From Sarea resinae (lineage: Eukaryota): a stretch of DNA of 64,000 bases. The position numbers and the translations under genes were made by a program. The notes beneath the pieces are model-generated. The model worked only from the letters and a program-made list of their open reading frames with translations, did no database searches and was not told the DNA's origin. The stretch lies in contig JAPEUD010000009.1 in NCBI GenBank assembly GCA_026026165.1, positions 186,001-250,000 of the forward strand, read 5' to 3'. Below, one piece after another: positions 1 to 10,651 of the stretch. Within the stretch, counting starts at the first letter, position 1. Each line of letters starts with the position of its first letter.

Positions 1-584
1 CAACATCCGCCAGAGCCGGCGCGGCGCCATCACGCTGTCATAGCAACGAAGGGCGCCTTTTGAAGAAGAAGATGAAGGAGAAGGGGTCCCATTGGCGACT
101 CTGTAAGCACGGGAGAGGAGAGGAGAGTTTGGCGAGAGTCGTCTTGTGTTCGCCCCGCCCCCGCCCCCGTCGTTTCTTCCAAGGGCGTCTGTTTTGCTCG
201 GTGGACAATTCTATATAGGCGTTTTTTTGATTTCTGGCCAGAAGATTTCCCTTCCGGGGTGTTTGTTTCCCGTGACGGGGTACCATATTGAAGTGGATAT
301 GTGCGAGGAGTGCCCTCTCTGCTGTCTCGACTTTGCATGAATGCCACGAATAGGTGATGGTACTTGAACGTACATAGTATGGTGTAATTATCTGACGTGC
401 ATGCACGCAGTACTGTAGCTGCATGTGCTGTCTTGTCTTTTTGTGCTCCTATATATCCTCATCTATAGATTTTTTATACATCCGATATCCTTTTACCCCC
501 CCGACCAGAAGCGCCACCAAACCTAGCCAGCCCCCACCAACACCAGCAATGCATAGATAAAACCAACATTTCCCCTCAAAACCT

Positions 585-2450
585 TCATTCCTCGTCACTG
601 CCATCAACATCCAGCTCCGGCTCCAACATCTTGCTGACGTAGGGTCCATCAAGCCGGTAGCCCAACTTCTGATAATACGAGCGCACGCCCACGCCCGAGA
701 TGACAGCAATCTTCCGACTCCCATGCTCGTCGCGCGCAATCCGCTCGGCCTCCTCCATCAACAGGGTGCCGAAGCCCTGATGCTGAAACTTGCGCGGGTC
801 GCGCGCGTGCACGGGGACCGCGGACCCGTAGACGTGCAGCTCGCGCACCAGACTGGTGGGCTGGCGCGTGAGCTCGGGCCGGAAGGTATGGGTGGCGCTG
901 CACTGGCGCAGGCGCAGCAGCGCGATGAGGATGTCCTGCTTGGGGTCCTCGTAGGCGAGGAAGGTCTCCCAGCCGCCGTTGGCGGCGTAGTCGCGCCGCA
1001 CCAGCTCCACCTGCGACGGGCGGATCTGGTGCTTGACCTCGTTGATGCCGACCTCGCGCGTGCGCACGTCGCGGCACGTCGTGCCGAAGTCTTTCATCCG
1101 GCTCAGGGCCAGCTCGCGCAGGTTGCCATTCTCGACGCCCGAGGTCACGAGCGGCATCGGGATGTCGCGCTGCACGCGGTAGATGCGGGTCCAGGGGGGC
1201 ACGAGGGCGAGGATCCGGGCGACGAGGTCGATGAGCGCGTTGGGCGTGTAGTTTTTGTACCGGCCCGTTCGCCAGAGTTCGTAGAGCCCCGTGCCGCGGA
1301 TGACGAGCGTGGGGTATACTTTCAGGCCGTCGGTGCGGAAGGCGGGGTTTTCAAAGTATTCGCGGAACTGGTCGAGGTCTCGTTCCATGCCTACGTTGGG
1401 GAGGTCGGGCATCATGTGGCTCACGACTTTGAAGCCGGCGTCCTTGGCGAGTTTGAAGGTCTCGGCGACGGCGGCGACGGTGTGGCCTCTGTTTGTGTCG
1501 CGGGCAACATCTTCGTAGAGCGATTGGACACCGATTTCCAGCCGCGTGCAGCCGTACCGGAGCATATCACTCAGGTGGGTGTCGAGACAGTAGTCGGGGC
1601 GAGTTTCGATGGTTATCCCGACGCATTTGATATTGCTCATCTCTCCTGCCGCCACGGCTTCGTCCACGTTATCGGTCTGGTACCCGCTGAGGGCATTGTG
1701 TAGTTGCGAGATGAACTCTTCCCGGTAGCTGACCGGTAGCGACATGAACGTGCCTCCCATGACGATGTATTCTACCTTGTCGACGCTGTGGCCGAGAGAC
1801 TTGATCTGGTCGACTCGACCTCGGGCCTGCTCGTAGGGGTCGTAGTGGGCGCGGATCGCACGCATCGACGTCGGCTCGTAACCGGTATATGACTGCGTCG
1901 AGTATTCAAAGTCCGAGTCGGGGCCACCAGGGCAATAGACGCAGATGTTGCCGGTGTAAGAGATGTGGGGGCAGCGGTGGGGTTTGCACATGACTGCGAC
2001 GACAGCGATGCCCGAGGAGGTTCCTGCCACGCCGATAGGTTAGCAACGAGGATTGGTTGTTTTGGGGGAACAGAGAGGTCGCCTACTGATGGGTTTCGCG
2101 ACGAGCTTCGGCAGGATATATTTCTTGTAGTGTTCGGGGACGGCGGCGATGATGGCGGTCAAGGGAGGCTGGTTGCTGAGCTTGTGCTTCTTGGCTATCT
2201 GGCCGCGGAGGCTGTTGAGGTTGATGTCCCTCTTGGGCTTCGTGCTGTCCTGCTGGGCCTCGTAGTCCTGGATCAGCGCACTGGCGATGTCGGAGCATGC
2301 GCGTAGGAAGCGCTCGTTCTCGGGTGGGAGTTTGAGATTCTTGAGGTTCTTGTTGGTGTGGCCATGCCTGCGGCCACCATGATTGCTGTGGTCACCATGA
2401 TCCCCATGATCCCCATGATGAAGGGGCACGGTCATGGTGGCGGTGGCCAT
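585..2450 (-). CDS. ELP3: Elongator complex protein 3 (radical SAM / tRNA acetyltransferase)
   Basis: Exons 2450-2087 and 2023-585; the intron GTAGGC..GCTAAC..CAG restores [23 protein letters not shown]. Contains [19 protein letters not shown] and the GNAT motif FQHQGFG. Confidence 0.97.
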
Positions 2451-2867
2451 GATGGAGGGGATGAGGGGATGAGGGGATGATGGATCGTGAGGTCGAAAGC
2501 CGTACGCTGTACGCCGTACGACGTCGTGATGTGAGAATTCCCAAAGCCGATAGTGGGTGAATGGGCGAACGGGTGACGGAGATCTCCTGCTCTTTCCAGA
2601 CTGCCGACCAGGTTGTCTCGGTATCCGGAGCCACGAGGGCCCTCGGTCTCCCCTAGCGAACCCTTCGAGCTCCACTCTCTCGTTCCCTCTGGCACCGGTG
2701 CTCCGACCTCATCTACCATTATCCAGATAGTCTCGCCATTTGCACTCCACCTCCACCTTCCCCGTTCTCCCGCGCTGTTGAACCCGCCCCCATAAAGAAC
2801 CGTCCTCCCCCGCATTCCCGATCCTCTCCAACCCCATTCGACTGCACAGTGATTTCCATTGCCCAGC

Positions 2868-4266
2868 ATGCAAGCTCTCAGACGTTGCGCTTCTTCGACC
2901 CTGCAGGCTGCCGCCCGGAGGCAGGCCTACTCGACTGCCAGCTCGTCATATGCCAACACGGTCAAGAATCTCCGGATAAATTCCGAGACGAAGCTCATCT
3001 ACCAAGGTTTCACCGGCAAGCAGGGAACGTGAGTTGGACCTTCTCCCTCGATGCATTCCCCGTGCCCCTGGCGATGCTGATAGCCAGAATAGATTCCACG
3101 CCCAGCAGGCCATCGACTATGGTACGCTCGAGATCCTGTCTCTTCGGCTAGCTTGGGCGGTTGATTGATTGATGACGATGAAATGCAGGCACCAAGGTGG
3201 TTGGAGGCACAAACCCGAAAAAGGCCGGACAGGAGCATCTAGGAAAGCCCGTCTTCGGCACGGTCGCCGAGGCCGTCAAGGAGACTGGAGCAACCGCATC
3301 CGCCATCTTCATGCCGTACGCATCTCTCACCACTAGGGGGGACTCTTCAGGTAGATCATCCAAACTAACATGATGCAGGCCTTCCGTTGCGGCTGCTGGT
3401 ATCGAAGAGGCGATCGCGGCAGAAGTCCCATTAGTGGTCTGGTGGGTGACCAAGTCTCTCTTGTATCGTGTGGAGAGGAAGCTGACTGGCGAAATACAGT
3501 ATCACGGAAGGCATTCCCCAACATGGTGAGACGAATCCAGACATCTAGCAAGGGGGAAAATTTCTAATCGAAGCAGACATGGTCCGCATTACGGATATTC
3601 TCAAGACTCAAGGCAAAACTCGATTAGTAGGACCGAATTGCCCTGGTATCATTGCTCCTGTAAGAACCAAACTCTTCCACGGCCGTCATACCAGTACTCA
3701 TCTGTCTGTTCAGGGTCAATGCAAGATCGGCATCATGCCTGGTTTCATCCACAAGCGCGGCCGCATCGGTATCGTTTCTCGTTCCGGCACTTTGACCTAC
3801 GAAGCCGTCAACCAGACAACCCAAGCAGGTCTCGGACAGTCGCTTGTCGTTGGTATTGGAGGTGATCCCTTCTCGGGCACGAACTTCATCGATTGCTTGA
3901 AGGTGTTCCTGGAGGACGAGGAAACCGACGGCATCATCATGATCGGAGAGATTGGAGGATCTGCTGAGGAAGATGCTGCCGACTTCTTAAAGGAGTACAA
4001 CACTGCCAACAAGCCAGCTGTCAGCTTCATTGCCGGTATCTCGGCACCACCGGGACGCAGAATGGGACACGCCGGTAAGTGTCGGATCAATAAGTGCGTA
4101 TGGCAGACTAGCTTACTGTGTCACAGGTGCCATCGTCAGCGGAGGAAAGGGAGGTGCCGATTCAAAGATTTCCGCTCTGGAGGCTGCAGGCGTGATTGTC
4201 GAGCGTAGCCCTGCGTCGCTTGGCAAGACGCTCCACGCTGAATTCGTGAAACGGGATATGGTCTAA
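2868..4266 (+). CDS. LSC1: Succinyl-CoA ligase alpha subunit, mitochondrial
   Basis: Eight exons (2868-3028, 3093-3121, 3189-3315, 3379-3441, 3500-3525, 3577-3659, 3714-4074, 4127-4266) splice in frame to [39 protein letters not shown] and the active-site RRMGHAGA. Confidence 0.96.
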
Positions 4267-4891
4267 GGAGCTGGTTGTATATCTTCGTCGAGGAGGTTTG
4301 CTGAGGCTCCTCTTCGCTGCGAGCGGCGATTGTTATTCTGGCCTGCATCTCGCATGATGCTCATATCTGCCCTTGATTGGTGATTTCGGAGTGTACATTT
4401 TACAGGGGCTTTGTCTCTTACTCTACAGGATCTCATCGATATTGAACTCGCCCTTGATGCAACGATGAGGGAATGTTCTGGCTGGCATAGAGCTGTAGAA
4501 TGGTGCTATCGTACAATATCAGATATACCATGAGAACGAACTTTGGCGATTTGCTCTCGCGAGTGCTCTTCAAGAGACGGCGAATGAATAGAGTCTTCGG
4601 CCAAATGGCCAAGGCGATTTGAGCTGTGAAGTCTTTCATCTAGATCATCATCTCATCCTGACCGAGTCCGTAGTTGAAGCCGGGAGAATATGCGAACTTC
4701 GAAGGTTGTCCTGGCGGTCATTTCACCACTGATGGAAACTCGCTCGCTCGCTCGCTCGCTTGGGCCCCCGCGGCCGCCGCTGACCGCTGACGACGAATTG
4801 CCAGTTGACATTCGCTCCAAAACACCTCCCCGTCAATCTTCACGTCCGCGACTCTTCACAGCCATCTCCACGTTCTCGTCCCGCCGGCATC

Positions 4892-6459
4892 ATGCTCTCC
4901 GGTATTCTCATCTTCAATCAGAAAGGTGAGAACCTCATCTTCCGCGCTTTTCGCAACGACTGCCGCCCCCGACTCGCCGACGTCTTCCGGATCCAGGTCA
5001 TCTCCAATGCGCAAGTGCGGTCTCCGATCCTCACGCTCGGCTCGACCACCTTCAGCCATGTGAAGCACGAGAATATATACTTGGTCGCGGTGACGAGGAG
5101 TAATGCCAATGCCGCGCTGGTATTCGAATTTCTATATCGGCTGATAGGCTTGGGGAAGTCGTATTTTGGAAAGTTTGACGAGGAGGCTGTGAAGAACAAC
5201 TTTGTGCTTGTTTATGAGCTCCTGGATGGTATGCGAATGATTGCAACAAACGGCGTCGATTCATCAAAGCACAGATGCTGACAGTGCTGTCCATGGCAGA
5301 GATACTGGACTTTGGATACCCCCAAAACACGGAGACGGACACCTTGAAAATGTACATCACCACCGAAGGCGTTAAATCAGAGCGAACAATGGTATACCTC
5401 TCCCCCTACCGGCTTGTTTGGTTTGTCTCAGAATAACCTGCTCACTGTAATCCAGGAGGACTCATCCCGGATCACAATGCAAGCCACAGGCGCCATGTCC
5501 TGGCGTCGCTCCGACATCAAATACCGCAAAAATGAAGCCTTTGTCGACGTCATTGAAGACGTAAATCTCCTCATGTCTGCCACAGGCACTGTCCTCCGCG
5601 CCGACGTCAACGGCCAAATCGTCATGCGCGCCTACCTCTCCGGAACCCCCGAGTGTAAATTCGGCCTCAACGACCGCCTCCTCCTCGACGGCGACAACCT
5701 TTCCGCCCCATCAGGTAACCGCGCGGGAACCAAAGCCACTCGTGCGGCAGCCGGCAGCGTCACGCTCGAAGACTGCCAGTTCCACCAGTGCGTCAAGCTA
5801 GGCAAGTTCGACACCGACCGCATCATCTCGTTCATCCCGCCAGACGGCGAATTCGAACTCATGCGCTACCGCGCCACGGAGAACGTGAATCTCCCCTTCA
5901 AAGTCCACGCCATTGTCAACGAAGTCGGTAAGACTAAAGTCGAGTACTCCATCGCGATCAAAGCAAACTACGGCTCCAAGCTCTTCGCGACCAATGTGGT
6001 CGTGCGCGTACCCACCCCCCTCAACACGGCACGCATCACCGAGCGTACCTCACAGGGCAAGGCCAAGTACGAGCCCGAGCAAAACAACATCGTGTGGAAG
6101 ATCCCGCGGTTCACGGGCCAGAGCGAGTACGTGTTAAGCGCTGAGGCGACATTGACGAGCATGACGAATCAGAAGGCATGGAGTCGGCCGCCGTTGAGCT
6201 TGAATTTCAGCCTGCTCATGTTTACGAGCTCGGGCCTGTTAGTCAGATATCTGAAGGTCTTCGAGAAGAACAACTATAGTAGTGTGAAGTGGGTAAGATA
6301 TATGACGCGCGCAGGCAACTACGAGATTCGGTACGTTACATCCTACACCTCAACGTCTGCCATTCAGACGAGACGAGCCTTCCGATCTGGCTTATCAGGG
6401 AAGTCTAACAAGGGGACTGTCAAAACCGCTGACACTTGTCATCACTCTACAGGTTTTAA
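4892..6459 (+). CDS. APM4: AP-2 adaptor complex mu subunit
   Basis: MLSGILIFNQKGENLIFR start; SWRRSDIKYRKNEAFVDVIE, LEDCQFHQCV, KWVRYMT. Three introns; the last (6331-6452) leaves a 7-nt terminal coding exon giving YEIRF*. Confidence 0.95.
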
Positions 6460-6784
6460 AAAGCAAGCTATGCCCACCCGACTTTTCCACGAATCTGCAG
6501 GCAGAAAGCATGCATGCATCAGACGGCGGCGTTTAGGTTCCACGATTCCATGTTTTTTTCCTTCCAGCCTTTTTCCCTCTCACCAGCGGGACAAGATCGT
6601 CTCCGTCCTCGTTCTCTTTCGCGTCCTCCCCCGTTACTGATATCGGCGTTCCTGGGCGTCTCTATCGTTTCCTACAAATATCGGGATATCACTTCGCGCA
6701 TCAACCCATCAGAACCCTTGGCCCCATTTGTCCCCCCGTCCCCCTTCCGCTTTCCGTCCGAGTACGTTGGCTTCTTCCACGACG

Positions 6785-7108
6785 AGATGGATGGATGGAT
6801 GGACGGAAGGACGGATGAATCCAATGTACATGAAGTACATGAACGTCTATAAGATAGGTAGTAGCTAGCCATTCAGAGCAAAAGCAAAAGCAAAAGCAGA
6901 GTAGATTAGAGCAGAGTAGAGTAGGGTAGAGTAGGGTACTCTGGAGGCGAGTCGAGTGGCCAGCGCTGAATAGCCAGGTTGTCAGCTTCAAAGTGTTCTT
7001 GGCTCTTGATGGCTTAGTAGCTTCATGGCTTGATAATTGATATCTAATCTACACACACATAATCACTCCTACACCGTACACACGCCATTGAGCATCGTCG
7101 GGCCAGGA

Positions 7109-7147
<39 letters not shown>

Positions 7148-7465
7148 GGGGGGCCCATAACATAAAAATGGCGATTCTCGAATCGCACAAGACAGGACCC
7201 CGGGCGATAGATATGTCTGGAGCGGAGGCCACATACCATGTAGATGGGCCTGAAAGTCTCTGGGAAACATATGAGTGGAGCTATTGTCGTTGTCGTTTGT
7301 CTGTGCTACCATCTATCCATCCATACCTTACCTTAGCTTAGCTGAGGTGGAAAGAGAAAGGGAAAGGGAAAGGGAAAGGGAAAGGGAAATAGCTACGGTA
7401 CTGAGGGATATAAATCGTAGACGTCTCTGGTCATGTTATGAAGAGAGATAGAGAGAGAGAGAGGG
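6785..7465. repeat. Cluster of simple sequence repeats between convergent 3' ends
   Basis: (GATG)n ~6786-6802, (CAAAAG)n ~6878-6897, AGAGT/AGAGC-type units ~6898-6935, G30 run 7112-7141, (AAAGGG)n ~7357-7388, (AG)n ~7442-7468. Confidence 0.9.
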
Positions 7466-7858
7466 AGAGCAACTCTGGGCCTTACTGTTGGCGGGTCGGG
7501 GAGTGGGGGTGGGGCATAGGAATGATGGCCGGACATTTATTGGATGTCACGGTTCAGTTGCGCGTGAGGGGTGTGGTCGAGTTGGCGGTTCATCTAAACT
7601 TCTCAGATGGGACTCTGGACTTGCGTTTGAGCACATATGCGGCTGGAAATAAGTCGCCGGACCGGGCCTGGCTGGCTCGCTGGCTGGCTGTCACGACATA
7701 GCAACGTCAAGAAAGATGTCTGTGCGTGCTTGAGATTTGGAACATGGAAATTTGATGAATGCATGTCGTCGTCTTGATAACAACGGGAAAATACAACGCA
7801 TTCCGTTTTATCCTCCCCACCACCGAATCCCTGGCCTTCGTCGTCCTCAACCCGTCCC

Positions 7859-8855
7859 CTACTCCTTCGTCTTCTGCGTACCACGGAGCAGACCGGTTCT
7901 CCGGGCGGCGATGAGACCGGCCTTTTGACCTTGGGCGGCGTACCGGGAGATGGTCGAGGCTTTACCGATATGTTGATGGTTACCACCACCGTGAGGCTGG
8001 AAGAGGGAAATGTGTTAGTGCTGGCGAGGCATGTCTCCGGAAAGAAGGGTAGTCTTACATGGTCGACGGGGTTCATGGCAACACCACGAGTCTTGGGCCA
8101 CGAGTTACGCTTGACAGCGAACTTATGCTTGGCACGCGATGCCTCTGTTATACTTGTCAATTCTGCTCTCATGTTTGTTGAAATCCCGAGAGCAACGTAC
8201 TCAGCAGCGGCTTGTCAGTTCGTCCACCACCAGCAACGATCCCGATCATTCCTCTTGCGGAGCTCTTGACGATCTTCTTGGCTCCACTGGGGAGCTTGAC
8301 TCTGGTCTTGCCCTCATCCGGGTTGTGGCCGATGACGGTGACATAGTTGCCAGAGGTACGGCCAAGAGCGCCGCGGTCGCCGGCCTTCTCCTCGACGTTG
8401 GTGACAACGGTACCTTCAGGCACAGAACCCAGAGGAAGAACGTTTCCGACGGTCAGCGCGGCGTTCTTGCCGGCGTAGATGAATTGGCCGGTGTACATGC
8501 CCTCGTTGGCGATGAAGGTCTCGGTGTGGAGCTTGAAGCGGTACGGGTCACGGAAGACGACCTTAGCCAGAGGCGCGCCTCGGCCAGGGTCGTGGATGAT
8601 GTCCTTCACCACGCCGCGAATGTAGCCATGTCGCTCGGCATAGTCGAGGGATCGGAACTGGGCGGGGGCCTTGTTGAGACGGGTGTGGGCCGCTGTGATG
8701 CGAAGGTTTCAATCAGCTTTGACGTTTCCTTTTCCAGCCTCATGATCTTCTTGTGATCCCAATGATATCTCTCCCACTATGCATCTGGAACCGGATGAGC
8801 ACGTACTGAATATCGAGCCACGACCCTTTCTCTGATTGCGAATAACTCTACCCAT
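7859..8855 (-). CDS. RPL2: 60S ribosomal protein L2 (uL2)
   Basis: [16 protein letters not shown] start at 8855; [53 protein letters not shown]. Three coding introns plus a probable 5'UTR intron 8958-8864. Confidence 0.97.
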
Positions 8856-9063
8856 CGTTCCTACTGCAGACAGGATCAGAGTCAGTATCTATGTCGACAA
8901 TATAACAGCCCTGGATGGGACAATGGATTCCGCAATGGGGTCTGGATGGTCGGCATACCTCGTCTCGAGTGTGGTGGTGTGGGAGAGTCTTGGTCGTCGT
9001 CGTGATCTTGTCGCTTTTTCGTCAATCGACTCGATGCGATACTCAGAGACCTCTTGAGGCCTT

Positions 9064-9175
9064 AGCCCTTAGTGTGGTGCCGGTCAGTGTGGGCTCGTTT
9101 GGAGAGATTCGCTTCGATTACTCTTTGTGGCACAGATTCACGGCACGAGTGACTCCACAGCAGTCCCAGCCCTAA
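9064..9175. promoter_or_regulatory. Putative ribosomal-protein promoter motifs upstream of RPL2
   Basis: AGCCCTTA (9064-9071) and AGCCCTAA (9168-9175) resemble the GCCCTAA-type motif associated with RP promoters in filamentous ascomycetes; CAGTCCCA (9161) is one mismatch from Homol-D CAGTCACA. Confidence 0.45.
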
Positions 9176-9489
9176 ACGACGTTGCCGCTGCTGTCAGGGC
9201 CATTCGGCCTTTCAATCATTGCTTACGGAATCAGCCATGCTGTCCACGGGTCTGATATCAACGATGCCAACGAGCATCAAATCTTCTTCGGTCCTTCCTC
9301 TCTTCCAGGCCAAGGTAATCTCTTGATCCTCTGAGCTCAAGACGTCTTGAGTTGCGGCTTCTTCGAGGCTCCTGTAAAGGTCACGTGAAGGCCGTCCTGC
9401 TCGATGTCCGAAGTACTCGTACGAAGTACCGTAATAGACGTCTACTTCTCCTCCAGCTAGTACCTCCTAGTGGATCCCTCACGTACACC

Positions 9490-10600
9490 ACCAAATATCA
9501 TCATCGCTCATTCCGCTCGAGCTTATCGCCTTCGCTCTGTCACACTTTCTGAAGTATCGTCGAGTGCGGTCGTGGCACCCTCTTTCTACGATGCTGTGGT
9601 TGCGATGGGCGGTTGGTCCATTTCTTAGGAACTCTTGAGTGTTCGCCTTGTCATATGTGGCTCATGGCTTCATCTTCGCTCCAGCTTACATCGACCACTT
9701 TTCCCCGCGAGTGGCACCATCTACTTTGTTGTTTGGCTTATCAAGAGCAAGATAAAATACGCGTATTTGGCTTCAACTTGATTCGAGTCTTCTTTGTTTT
9801 TTGCGCTATGCGGTTTGCATTGCCGAGATTGCAGTCGATTGGCTTCATTTCTATGTCTGCGCGTTTCCTAGGTTGAGTTGTTGCCTCAATACCTCTTGTT
9901 CTCGATTTGCGAAAGCATACTTCACGAGATGGTGGATGCGCGTGGTGGCGACTTCAAACCACTTGAGTCTTGCTCTCGGCCCTGGGCCCCCCCGCAAAGA
10001 GAACTTCATTTCCGGGCATGTACCGATCCTAGTTCTCGTTGACGAGCTCATCGTCTTTTCTGCCTTCTACACGTCCACACGGCTCTACAAGGTGGCTCGA
10101 TGCTTCTAGTTGATGGTTATCACGAGTAGGGCGACGTGTTAGTCTGGGCCCATGATGCTGCGACTTTGCCATGTCAATCTTCATCGTCATCCGTCATTAC
10201 GCGTGGTGATCAAGCTCTCTCGCTTGGGATGCTCATCAAATGGAGCCGCAAATACAATACATATTCAGTCTGTCCTGTGGCGCCCACCATGCGAAAGAAA
10301 AGTGAACGTGTTTACGGAAAGTGCCTCATCGCTGTCTCGATCGTCGCTATCAGCACCGACTGTACTGTCAAGACAGCTTCCTCTGAATCGCATCATGGCC
10401 CTGGCTCTTCGGCCTCAAGAAGATCGAATGCTCGTGCACCTAGACTATTCCTGTGCCTGTGCATGGCCCCTCTCGAAATTGCTGGCCGATGCGCTCCCGC
10501 AGTGCCCAGCCTGTAGCTTGACCCCCGTAGCCCACGCGCGCGTAAATGGTCTATGTGCTGGTCGTAGCTTCGTAGACCGACCGGCGTCCATCTAACACCT
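9490..10600 (+). ncRNA. Candidate large structured non-coding RNA or structured 5' leader (unassigned)
   Basis: No credible ORF. More than a dozen complementary segments, several nested and several needing G-U pairs on the + strand; see findings. Confidence 0.4.
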
Positions 10601-10651
10601 CCGCAACTATTGACCCTCAACCCCCAACAGCACAACGCCAGCAAGAGAAGT

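Noticed and set aside
1..30. Possible gene start MAPRRLWRML on the minus strand at the left edge
   Set aside because: Only 10 codons are visible, so it cannot be identified.
723..1703. Long antisense or alternate-frame ORFs (also 14995-16059, 43326-44159, 43809-44867, 61073-61693)
   Set aside because: They are shadows of GC-rich or low-complexity codons in ELP3, CTR9, ARG7 and LSG1, with no independent motifs.
9061..10650. Calling the structured block telomerase RNA, RNase MRP/P, snR30 or a C/D snoRNA
   Set aside because: No TAACCCTAA-type template or Sm site, no complete P4 motifs, no m1/m2 motifs and no canonical RTGATGA..CTGA terminal arrangement. Left unassigned.
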